From the NCBI GenBank assembly GCA_951406725.2, contig OX597824.1, positions 47,926,001 through 47,990,000 on the forward strand: DNA of 64,000 nt, written 5' to 3'. This DNA is from Octopus vulgaris (taxonomy: Eukaryota). The number at the start of each line of letters is the position of its first letter. Within the stretch, counting starts at the first letter, position 1. This document shows, one piece after another, positions 34,879 through 47,157 of this stretch. The position numbers and the translations under genes were made by a program. A model generated the notes under the pieces. It was given only the letters and a program-made list of their open reading frames with translations. It was not told where the DNA came from and ran no database searches.

Positions 34879-35844
34879 CAAAAATTGAAAATATCTAGGT
34901 TAAATGAAAGAGGCTCAGGGGAAAATGGCACATGATATGAAATTAACGGAAGTCAACTAAATAAAAGACAAAAGACTTGACACGAAATGTTCTCCATTGC
35001 ACGATCTGCTGGAGTGGCTCTCTTCCTGATATATTTACATACCATGCAGTTAAAGAGAACAAATTATTGAAATTATTCATGGCTCATTTTACCCCACTTA
35101 AGACATAATTTTTTTGAAAAGTGAAAATCATTAAATTAGACATTAGTGCAGGGAAAAATTACTTGGAATCCAACAGAGAAAGGAATACTGATTGCTAAAC
35201 AAAAAAAATTATCCAGATATTTTATTAGCAACCTCAATTACAACCAGGTAAAATTTGAGGAAAAATTTCTTGAAAAAAAAAAGGTACCTGTCACCTGATT
35301 ATGTTCCAAACATCAGCTATACTGACTAATTCTTACTCCTAAAGATGATGCAATGCTTGCAATGTAATGATTTCAAACAGGTAGAGAAACAATAACAAGA
35401 AATTACTCATTTTACCCCGGTTACTGATTTTGACATCCTTGCTCTATGTACACACACACATACATATATATACATGTACATATAGCAGGGATGTCAAAAT
35501 TAGTAACCGGGGTAAAATGATCTTTTGGAGCCCTACTACTCTGTATAGAAGTTACACTAGCAGGCAGACTGGATTATGAAAATCTATATATATCCGACGG
35601 CTTTTTCCAGTTTCTGTCTACCAAATCCACTCACAAATCTTTGGTCGGCCTGATACTACAGAAGAAGACACTTTGCCAAGGTGCCACGCAGTGGGGCTGA
35701 AACCGGGTGTCAGCTACTTCAGAATGGGGTGTAACAAGTGAATAAAAAACGTAATGCAGCGTTTATTTATATATAAAAGGATCGTTTTTAGAAAATATAA
35801 ATCCGGAGAAAAAGCACACTCCAAGAAGTAGTGCAGTCATTTTT

Positions 35845-35978
35845 TTTTTTACTGGGGAAGGGCGGTTTATGGGGTTACCCTGAGTTTCCCGTCCGTAAAG
35901 GGTTTAACCTACGCCATAAAGTTAAACATTTTATGGACGGGAAACCCAGGTAATCCCAAAAACGATTCTCCAGTAAAT
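35845..35978. repeat. Long imperfect inverted repeat (hairpin) in a CpG-richer island
   Basis: 35872-35908 pairs with 35921-35957 around a 12-nt loop; weaker pairing extends outward (tttactgg / ccagtaaa). Confidence 0.8.
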
Positions 35979-36038
35979 AATATATATATATATATTGTTG
36001 GCATCCTTTTTGTCTCGGGAGACAATGGAGTTGCGCAT

Positions 36039-36090
<52 letters not shown>

Positions 36091-37336
36091 GACATACTTA
36101 GTCCGTTCATGTTAGGGCGCACTATTACCATTTTTTTGTGAAAATCCAGGTGTTAATGAGTATCATATGCAAGAAAAAAGATGAAAAATGTTTGCAAAAT
36201 TATAAGTTTTTAAGACCAATCCAAATTTAAAGTCAAACATGTTATTTTCTATATGTAAACAGCACAATTACCTGATTTTTAACATAGGCACAAAGTCTCA
36301 ATCTTGGGAGTGAGATTAATCGATTAAATTGATCACAGAATTTGGCTGCTACTTATTTTATCAACTTAGAATATGAAGTTTCCGTTTGTTGATAAGAATA
36401 CGAAATATTACTACGAAATGAGAAATTTTCACAGGCAAATTCGCTTTAGTATCGCACAAGTCTTTTTTTTTTTAACGAAAGGATATATATATATGTGGAC
36501 GAGAAAGCGAGAGAGAGAAAGAGAATTTTACAATTCAGGTACACCTCATACTTCTGTGACTATTTATATCTTTTATTAATATATATATATAACTATATAC
36601 GTGAGCATAAAAGAAATAAAACAGCCAGGGAAGCTTTGAAAAGGAATAAGCCGTGTACATGAAGTAAATAAATACATATTTATCGATATGTACATAGATA
36701 TATATATGTGTATCTCAATAAATACATATCGAATTCCTTCCGTTAAAGTTAAAAATGGGCGACGAAAGCATTTCGTAAACTGAATTTGCCGGTTGAAAGC
36801 CTCGTTTTCGTTTTACTCATTTAACATCCGGGGCTTTGTATTTGCATGTTGACCAGGTCCATCAAATAGGTTGGCGCCTACTTGGTGATGGCATTTGTTT
36901 ATGGAATACGAGGCGACAGTTTCAACTACAGAAAACGTACAGTGATAAGGTAATGCACAGGAACTACCCAAAACAGATGTAGGGTGCAGACGTGGACCTA
37001 ATCGGTGCATAAGATCAAAGTCTTACAATTAGATTCTATCATCCCCATCTTCATGGATGGAAGAGGTCCACAATGCAAAATCTATGGAAAATTTGGAGAA
37101 ACATCAATCACATTATCTCCAGATGATGGGAGCTAGCAAAGACCACATACAACCACAGGCATAACAGGGCAGAGGCATACATCATTTACTGAAAAATATG
37201 TAGATGTTACAAAATCAAAGCAAATGAGAAGTCGTATGAACATTAGCCATGTTCACTGACGTTGCCCACCTCCAGGATAGGAACAGGAGGTTATATACTT
37301 ACCAACATTGCAATGCTCTCTGAAAGAAATACATCC

Positions 37337-37495
37337 AGGCATGGCTATGTGGTAAGAAGTTTGCTTCCCAACTACATGGTTCCAGGTTCAATCCTACAGT
37401 GTGGCACCTTGGGCAAGTGTCTTCTACTATATAGCCCTGGGCTAACCAAAGCCCTTTGAGTGTAATTGATAGACAGAAACTGAAAGAAGCTCATC
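37337..37495 (+). mobile_element. tRNA-derived SINE
   Basis: ggcatggctatgtggtaagaag...ggttcaatcc; same family as 123-280. Confidence 0.78.
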
Positions 37496-37896
37496 ATTTA
37501 TGTGTGTGTGTGTGTATGTATGCATATGTGTGTATGTATACATATATGTGTGTGTGCATGTATGTGTCTTTAACATTAAAATTGACAGTAATTGTTGTTA
37601 GGGGCCACTTAGCTTAATGGCTAGACCACTCAGCCAGTTTCTGAGGGGTACAGGGTGTAAATTCCCATACTTTCGTGCTGGCAATTTTTTTCTGTCTTCT
37701 GCTGTTTTCTTCAATCTTTCTCTGCTGTTTTTGCAGCTATACCACTTTTGAAATTTACTTTCTTGTTTATAAAATACCAACACATTTGGTGTTTCTAAAG
37801 TTTGTCTCTAAAATGTTCTAGTATATGTATGTCATCAACCAGCAACTAGCAATAACCATGCCTTGGATACACCTCATTGGCCATGGTTCCTCTTCT

Positions 37897-37931
<35 letters not shown>

Positions 37932-37966
37932 TCCATATATGAGTATAAATATATTTTTATTATGTA

Positions 37967-40269
37967 CTAGCAGAATTGCCCGGCGATACTCAGGGCTGAA
38001 TTGCTTGAAAGTACTGTTAATGATTGCACTGAATTATGATGATTATTCAGTCAAATATTGATATAAGTTTACGGTGAATGAATGTATTTGTAAGTGTATA
38101 GAAAGCCGTGTAAAGGGGTTCCTACCCCCTCGTAGAATGGTGTAAGAATTGAATGCGAGGTTGCCTTGAAAAGAGCGATGTTATTGTTCTCATAATTGTA
38201 AAAATTTGATAGTCGTGGAAGGTGGTGTAAAACGTTCGCAGGTGAATAGGGTCTCTTCGTTTTCCATGAACGGCAGCGGATGTGCTGTTACAAAACTTCA
38301 CGATCAAATGTGTGCCATTGCATTGTTTTGGGGGAACCAAATTTCTAATGAGCATTATAGGGGCACCAACTTTAAGTTTGAGAATGTGTGGTGGTAGTCC
38401 GGGGGGCTCAAAGGAATTGAGTACCTCTATTGGATAGTTGATGACGTCCTCTGGGTCAGGAGTTGTATCGATAGACTTATATACATAGACATCCCCAGGA
38501 ATGAGTTTTAGCATTTCATCATTAATATGGTGAACAGTTTTATTCCTCGGGGCCAGAATAGCCCTTTGGCTAATCCAATCCATATTCTGATAATTAGCTT
38601 GTAGATCTGGGAACACTGCATCTCTGAGATCAGAAGGCGTTTTAAGAATGGTACAAATGGAATCGATGGCAATATTACCATTTTCATCCCCTGGTATTTT
38701 GCCTTCGCCAAGTGCAAGGAGGGTGTGAGAAAATGCTGCTGATGTGATATCACGTCGCATATGAGCACGCATATTGGTGTGAAGTTTGAGAGTCTTCACC
38801 AGTGGCCACAATGTGGATGACTTAAGACACGCACTTACTGCATCAGCTGTAGTCGGGAAGTGTTTGTCGGAAGTCCCCTGAAAGAAGAAGTGTTATGCCT
38901 CCCATGGAAGCTGAAGAGTGTTTGATGTCTCTGAGAGATCTATCTAGTGCCTCAAGAGCACCTCTGTGGGCCATCGTGCATTCATCCCAAACGATAAGCT
39001 TGCATCGTCTGAAGACTTCTGCCTGATCGGAGCTGTTACTGATGTTGCAAGTTGGTGTCTCAGTCTTCGCTAAGTCAAGTGGGAGCTTGAAAGTGGAGTG
39101 AGCTGTCCTGCCGCCTGGCAACAAAGTAGCCGCAATTCCAGATGATGTCACAGCTAGGGCAATGCCTTGTGTTCGCCTAATCTCAGCCAATATTATTTAT
39201 TGACAAAAGTTTTCCCAGTGCCCCCAGGAGCGTCCAGGAAAAAAATCCCCCCAGCTTTGGCCCGGACTGAATTAACAACGCAGTTGTAAGCGAACTTCTG
39301 TTCTGGAAGGAGCTTTGGCTCATTGTCGGCTATGTACCCGGCAAGCTCGTCAACATTAAAACATGTCTCACGCAGCAAATGTGAAGACAGAGTGTTTGTG
39401 CCTTCCCGGTTTGTTGAAGGTAGGCCATAGACCGGCAAGGCACTACCGCCCATATCAAGTACAGTATCTTCAAACGTAGTTTGTTACCACACAGCCACAT
39501 CTGCCCCTATGTATGTGTATGTGTGTGTGTGTGTGCGTGTGTGTGTATGGGTAGATATATTATGCATGTATATATTTGTATATATATGTGTACATATTAC
39601 ATGTACATCTATATATATACATCTACACAAAATACAAAATACAAAGTTATATCTTGATATCGCTAGTGATAACAATACTCAAAATATATACCAGACTGGA
39701 ATTGTAGGCCCGTCTCTTGCAATTTCAATGAATTGGATCTTGTCCTCCCTCTTGTATAGAAGTGTACGGCTGCAGCAAAATTCATTTTTGGACTTTCTTC
39801 TATCGAAGGCATTTTAACAAAAATGCTTCTGTAAAAACGGTGAAAATATTGTCAATTTCCCCAAACAGGGACACAATTAAATTTTTAAACAATAACCAAA
39901 GCCCCTTCTCCGAAAGGGGGAGGGTTACGGTTTACAATTATTTAACAAATGCAACACAACAACGTTTCCCTGGCGAGGAACCAACACATGTGATTACAAT
40001 AGTCAAACAGTAATAATAATAACAACAAACCTTTTTAATTTATCCCCATTTATGTGAAACCACTTATTCAAATTCAAGTCATTGATGCAATTTTATACGA
40101 ATTGCTAATACACACACACACACACACATAATAAGGGTGAAAAATTTAATATTAATTTGATTAATATGAATTGAAAACCAGTGGTGTAGCATATAAAGAC
40201 CATAGCGGATCTTCCTCTAGCAAAAAGGATGACCAGTATTAATGGCTCATCCCTGTTACACACACACAG

Positions 40270-40311
<42 letters not shown>

Positions 40312-40947
40312 ACAGACACACACAGACACACACACACACACACACACACACCTTAGCTTACAATTTTCTTTCAACAATTGACACTGTCATATATGTATAT
40401 GTTTGCGTGTCTATGTGTGTAAAGAGAAAGTGGGAGTAAGTGTGGTAATAGGCGGAGTAAAGCCTTTGAAGTGAGAGAGGGAAATCGTAAAATATTGAGT
40501 TTTCTCAAATTTTTGCTTAATTGGGGGTGAAATTGAAAGAAATTGATATGCCATGACTGAATGGAATGTACTTGGAAAAATCATAGGTAAACTCCAATTG
40601 AAGAAATTGTGTGAGGAGTAAATCGTTATGTAGTTATTTGTTTCTGTTTGCTCTGTATTTTTTTTGAGTAGTGGTTTAAGGTACACTTGCAAAGAGAAAG
40701 TAGGAGAAATTATGGTAATAGCATGAGTGAAGCAGTTGAAATTAGAGAGGCAAATCATAAAATATTTACTTTTCTCGAATTTTTGCTTAATTGGGGGTCA
40801 AATTGAAAAAACTTTATATGCCATGACCCAATCGAATCTACTTGTAAAAATCGTAGGTAAATTCCAATTGAAGAAATTCTATATTGTAGAATTGTATTAA
40901 AAAGGAACATGGGAACAGGCAGAGAAAATCTGCCTTTTATCATAAGA
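37967..40947 (-). mobile_element. Internally deleted Helitron with Pif1-like helicase remnant
   Basis: LDAPGGTGKT, SSGIAATLL..GRTAHS, IVWDECTM, GDFRQTLP, ILAPRN, LKVGAPIMLIRNL (38290-39480); 3' hairpin plus CTAG at 37967; 5' TC end homologous to 43794; about 270-bp tandem duplication at 40420-40890. Confidence 0.85.
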
Positions 40948-41000
40948 AATCATAAGAGATAAGAAGAGAAGATATGCATATATGTGTGTGTGTGTGTATG

Positions 41001-41055
<55 letters not shown>

Positions 41056-41299
41056 GTGTATATTCATGTGCATATATATGTGTGTGTGTGCATGTATTTA
41101 TAAATATGGGCAATATATATATATATATATATACATATGCACATTACCAAGATGGCAACAAAGTGTGGACAACTGGCAGGATGGATACTAAGGTTCTTCA
41201 AGACAAGAAACCAAGAAGTTATGTTGATCCTGTAGAGGACCTTTGTTCTCAGCCACCTGAACTACTGCTCTCAGCTATGGTCATCACATAGAACTTGAA

Positions 41300-41760
41300 G
41301 CAGTCCAACATCGCTACACTAAAAAAGATTGTAAAGTGCAGCAGATGAGTTACAGGGAGAGGCTGAAAATAACTACGACTCTACTCTGTGGAGCAAAGGC
41401 ACAACAGATATGTAATAATCTACATATAGAAAACTTGAGAAAGCCAAGTACCTAAGTTCAGCATTGAGTGTTATACAAATGCCAGAATTGGATGCTGTTG
41501 TATTGTACAAAAGATACTATCTTCTCCATCTAAATTTGGGACCAAGTACTGCAATAGCCTAGGGTTCAAAGGCCCACAGCTCTTCAATACCCTGTCACAA
41601 AAATTAAAAGATCTACATAATGTGGACATAGATGTCTTCAAAAAGGAACTAGACATCCTTCTCTCCACAATGCTAGATGAACCGATGGCCTAGCATGAGA
41701 TACAAATGAGGGTAGCAAAGTCAAACTCCCTCATGCACAAAATGGGTCAACTGCTGGGAC
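41300..41760 (+). mobile_element. CR1/L2-group LINE 3' remnant
   Basis: SYRERLK..LYSVEQR..RYVIIYI, GPQLFNTL...VDIDVFKKELD...SNSL in decayed frames. Confidence 0.65.
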
Positions 41761-43229
41761 AAAGGCACATGCAGAAGTAGTGATGTGAACCCCCACCCAG
41801 AGGAAATCAATCGAAGGATAATCATAAGTAATGGTGCAAAACCATGGTGGTCCTCTAGCATGACCGCAGCCACATGGTTGAAACAAGTAGAAGAAGAAAT
41901 GAATATATATATATATGTATGTATATGTATTTATTTATATATATATTTGTGTGTGTGAATATCACCATGTTTTTGTTTGTCCCTCACCACCATTTGATAC
42001 CCATTCTTGGTTTGTTTACATCCCACTAACTTAGTGGTTTGACAAAAAGAGACCCACAGAATAAGAACTAGGTTTTTAAAAAAGTATTGGAGTTGATTTG
42101 TTTAAGAGAAACATTTTCATAATTTGGGTTACAGCAGACATTAGAGCCAGCCATATTTTAAGCTTGATTGGCAATTTTCTATTCTTTTCTTTAATCAACA
42201 TCTCTATATTTGCAACATCAAATGTTCCTCTAATTCAGACTGGTTATTTTATTTTTGCAATTGGTATTGCCATCAGCCAAGGTCATATTTTCTCTCTTCT
42301 AATTACCTTATATTTTGATAATTAGCAATATTATTAACAAAATTATTCTTAATATTTGGGTATGTAAGTATTTTGAAAATACCTCATGGAGTGGATAACC
42401 GTGCCCTGCATAGTTAAGGGCTGCCCTTTGACAAGACATAGCACCTGTTCAGCTACCCTGCCAGGGATATGGTGAAGTCATGGGACTGCAGCATAGTGAC
42501 TTGTGAAGAGGTAGTGGAGAGCTCACCTGAAGCAATGGTGCTTCTTACATTGATGCTGAACAAAGGAATCCTAGAAGATCAACGATTAGGACCACCAAGT
42601 TCTGTCAATAGATTGACCTGCAATACATCCATAGGGGTGGCATCCATGGTTGTGTAATCAGCTGATGAAAGACTCACTATGACTCAAGCTCCCAATTCAA
42701 ATTCATAATAATGGATTTGGATGGCAAAAGAGAGTCATGGGAATCTATGAAAGCAGTGGGAACAAAAAAATTCCTTAATATCTCAAGGCCACAGTCCAAT
42801 GACTGAATTATGTAAAAGATAAAAAGATTTTAGCCACAAAAAAGCTGACCAAATAAAGATTTGCTAATTTGGCCATCTAGATAATAAAAGTTACTTACTA
42901 CTTCTAGGAAACCTGGGCATTTGAGAAATTATATTTCCCATTTGCTCTTAATGTTTATTGCTCCTGTGCATCTGCCACATACAAAGTCTACTTTCTCTGT
43001 TGATGCCTCTGGTACCACTGCAGCTCTTGTGTATTCATAGTTTGCACTGGGTACACTGTATGAAATGTCTACCTACATCCTTTTTTACACATTGAGCAAG
43101 ATCATTTCCATAATGGAAGAGTCCTGTCTGTTTTCCTACTTATTAAAATTTTGGTCCTTGCTAAGTTAACTTTGTGGCTTTTTGATTCTATGTTTTGCTT
43201 CTACACCTGAAATTTTATTTCTAATTCTA

Positions 43230-43680
43230 TTATGGATTCAGCCATGAAAATGAGGTCATCAACATACAACAGTTCCCATGGGGATCTGATTTTAAGTTCC
43301 CCTGTTATGATGAATAAAAAGGGACTAAGGACTGATCCCTGCTGAACTTCTACTGCATACTGCATTAATCACTATTATCATTGCTAACTCTCATTTCTGT
43401 TTATGCTTAGCTTCCACAGTGACCATTAGATCATAGAGCAAGGGACTCTGCTGAAAACTTTCTCCTAGTCATCAAATGCCGAGTACAAGGCAGTTGCCTC
43501 ACCAGGAAAAGAGTATCAGTAATGCTTCTTTCTGGTACAAAACCAAACTACATCTTATGTAATCTAATTCTCTTCCTAATGACTTGAGCTATAAACTGAT
43601 TCCATAATTTTCATGACCTTATCCAATAATTTAATACCTCTGTAATTACTTCTCTTTAATGTTATACCTTTTTTATGTAC
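43230..43680 (-). mobile_element. Old RTE RT remnant
   Basis: Reverse strand QQGSVLSPF, PWELLYVDDL, NYRGIKLLDKVMK fragments; related piece at 45440-45800. Confidence 0.65.
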
Positions 43681-43793
43681 AGACTGGCCATATTCAACTT
43701 CTCACACTTACCCTACAATGTCATACTAAAAATAAGCAAGTACATCATTGAAATTTTAATACAATAAGATAATGCATGACTAATTCAAAACAA

Positions 43794-45284
43794 TCTCTTA
43801 TTATAAAAGGCAGATTTCATTTGCCTCCCTTTGTCTCTTATAGAAATCTACAATATAGGATTTCTTCAATTACAATTTACCTAGCATTTTTAAGAGTAGA
43901 ATAAATCGGGTCGTGCCAGGTCCAGTTTTTAAAATTTCAACCCCAATTAAGCAAAATTTAGAGAAAACTCACATTGTGGTGTGTTAGTCAAGTGCTTTTC
44001 TTAGTGTGGGCTATAGCATACGCACACACACACACACACAAAAAGGGAGCGATCTGATTCACTCACGCTATCACTCTAATTTCTACGACTTTCTCTTTGC
44101 AAGTTTGCAACGATTAAAGTGAAAACAGTGAATCCGAGAGCTCCGACAGCGATAAAGAAAATGAATTGGCACCTGAATGGAGTGAAAATTTAAAAACTGT
44201 TTCTTTTGGTGATTTTTCTGAAGAAACTGGACCAAGCCACAGACTTTCCCAGAAGAGTAAAGCCTTAGACTATTTCTTTTTACTTTTTCGAATGAGCCTA
44301 CTTGAAATCATTACGGCGGAAACAAACTGTTACGCTAAACGTAAACAAAGCGAAAGAAAGGATAGTTTGTTATTTCCCACAACCTTAAATGAAATTAAGG
44401 CTTATTTTGCCATAAATATTATTATGGGTATCAGAAAGTTACCCAGAATAACAAATTCTATCATAAAATTTTGTTGTATACCCAATTGAATATTAGCTAA
44501 TAACCCATTTTCTATAGCGATGTTTGAACAAAATTTTAATAATTTTATATTTTGTTGAATTTACCTGTATCTACCTGCAATTAGAGTCACTTTGTGACAA
44601 AAATTATAGTATAGAATTGGTTGAGAACATTTCATTAAATTATCTTCCAAAAATCAGATTAATATATTGATAAATAAAAAAGTTATAGTTGTTTAATGAA
44701 ACCAGACTAAATTTATGATTACGTTAGAAATTAATTGAAACACATATTTTGGTCAGAAATATAGTAACGAAAGGGTTGAGAAAAACCAAAAAATATTTTA
44801 TTCTTTATAAATGTTGTGTTCAAAATAACATTTTCTTTTAAGAATGTGTATATAACAAAGTATGTGTATATAACTACGTGGCTTATATCTTTATATATAA
44901 AAGTGAAGTTGTGTGTCTGTCTCCTACGATTTAGATTTGTAACTACACCCACATTTTGCGGTGCAGTGTAACCAAAACCGGGTATCTTATAGTCGTGATT
45001 CATATCGAGCCCTTCTGGGTATTAGCGCGCGTCTACGATGAGTCTACGATTTAAAAAAAATTTACCATCATATTTTTCCATTTTAATGCATTTTTTCGCT
45101 ATTATATAAGGTAAGTAACTCTCTAAAAATATCTACGATGTGTCAACGATTTAAAAAAAAATTTACCTTAATTTTTTTACCATTTTTAATGCATTTTTTT
45201 GCTATTTTTTTGCTATAACTCTCTAAAAATGCTTATATAGTTATTTCCCTTACAAACCCGAGCAACGCCGGGTGATACTGCTAG
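43794..45284 (+). mobile_element. Non-autonomous Helitron composite (second 5'-like start near 44887)
   Basis: 5' tctcttattataaaaggcag; 3' hairpin cccgagcaacgccggg followed by CTAG|T at 45281-45285. Confidence 0.72.
44120..44775 (+). mobile_element. Deleted piggyBac remnant
   Basis: ORF 44166..44489 (FSEETGP..ALDYFFLLF..AETNCYA..EIKAYFAINIIMGI..LP) resembles the piggyBac transposase N-part; terminus gtaacgaaaggg|ttga resembles GGG|TTAA. Confidence 0.75.
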
Positions 45285-46112
45285 TGTGAATATAAAAGCA
45301 TTACATTAAACAGAATAACCTGAATGCTAAAGGGTTAAGGCATCTTTGCCTTTGTAAAAGTTGACTATAATGCTGTTATGCCAGCCATTGTGGATGACAC
45401 TTTCTGGTATATTGTGATTGGCCATTTGGGTAACTAAGCCAAATCCTACAATTCCAGATATTTTAAGCTTTTCAGCAGTAATTCCTGATGGTCCAGGAAT
45501 TTTTCCTGTTCTTCATATCCTTAATTGCTTTATCTATTACACTGCTGTCTTTTAGAATGGCTGGCTGGTCCCAATGTAAGATCTACACCAAGAAGACTTT
45601 TCTATCATAGCAGCTTTTCCATGCCTCTTTTTTCTCAAAATCATAAAGTGCAAATGTACCATTATCCATTCATCTGTATGTACTTCTCTCCCACAACATC
45701 TTAATTCTTTCTGATACACTGCCTTGTGATTTGGAACATGTCTCTGATCCTCACTTTGTGGCATGTTAGCAAACCTGTCTTTCTGCTTCTCCTCTTGTTA
45801 AAAAACCCTTTCACCCAGCTTCTCTTCTGGCTATCTTTTATAAGGCTCTGTCTGCCTCACTGGTTCACCACTACATCACACTCAGTTTTGTTGGAAGTTT
45901 GCATTAGTCACAGACTTAATGTGTCACTGATGCATTTTCCAAGACATATTTAAGCATTAATTACCCTGTCACACACTCTACCTAAATCACTTTATCTGCC
46001 TATTTATCTGCAAAAACTGTTTGCACAGCCCACACTTTCACTATTGCCAACCTTTGTTCCTTGCCTGTGAGGCATCAGGTTGAGGCTCCACTTCATCTAA
46101 CACCTTCTATAT

Positions 46113-46336
46113 ATTTCTTTACTACCCACAAGGGGCTAAACACAGAGGGGACAAACAAGGACAGATAAACGGATTAAGTCGATTACATCGACCCCAGTGC
46201 ATAACTGGTACTTAATTTATCGACCCCGAAAGGATGAAAGGCAAAGTCGACCTCGGCGGAATTTGAACTCAGAACGTAACAGCAGACGGAATACGGCTAC
46301 GCATTTTGCCCGGCGTGCTAACGTTTCTGCCAGCAT
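46113..46336 (-). mobile_element. Young SINE with Nin/Deu-like domain and 13-bp TSD
   Basis: TSD acaccttctatat at 46100-46112 and 46337-46349; B-box gagttcaaattc; CpGs intact. Confidence 0.88.
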
Positions 46337-46732
46337 ACACCTTCTATATGGTACACACTCCTCTTTAACATTTCAACAATCTCACTGGAACTGTCATTGT
46401 GCCCACATTGATGGTGGCTGCTCAAACATGAAGGCTATGAAAGGAGGAGTGAGTGGGAAAGTGGGGGACAGATTTCAGCACCTGGAAAGTTTGTGAGAAT
46501 GTTTCCTTTCAGGCAGAGGGCTCTAACACATGACTAGTCATGTAAGTATTTCTTTTGTTCAATGAATTACAATTTCCTTTAAATCTTCAACCAGCAGGAC
46601 CAAGCACATGTGAAAAAAATAATTGTGTGCATGGAGTAAATGAAACATCAAACAATAGTAAAATGAACATAGCCAGCAACAGTAAGGAAATTTGGCTATG
46701 GTAAGTCTATGTGCATAAATACAGTCAAATGT

Positions 46733-46981
<249 letters not shown>

Positions 46982-47157
46982 AATAGATGAGTGTATTTTT
47001 ACCTTGTTAAATCTGGAATTATTTAATATTTAATATTTAGTGTGAAGCCCTTTAGCTTCAATCACACTTTGACATCTTCGACTGCATGAGGAAATAAAAT
47101 TTTCAATTTCTTGCTAGGTGATCTTATTCCATTTATACATTTATACATTTATATATA

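Noticed and set aside
36813-37010. 65-aa ORF near the putative promoter
   Set aside because: No recognisable motif or consistent splice pattern on either strand.
38122-39453. Host PIF1 helicase gene
   Set aside because: Intronless, broken by stops and frameshifts, and bounded by Helitron termini.
40974-41291. YIYI/CVCV/THTH low-complexity ORFs (also near 40.1, 46.7, 52.6, 61.6-62.4 and 63.3 kb)
   Set aside because: These are translations of dinucleotide microsatellites.
44166-44489. Domesticated PGBD4-like gene
   Set aside because: Short fragment lacking the catalytic core, with a transposon terminus still attached.
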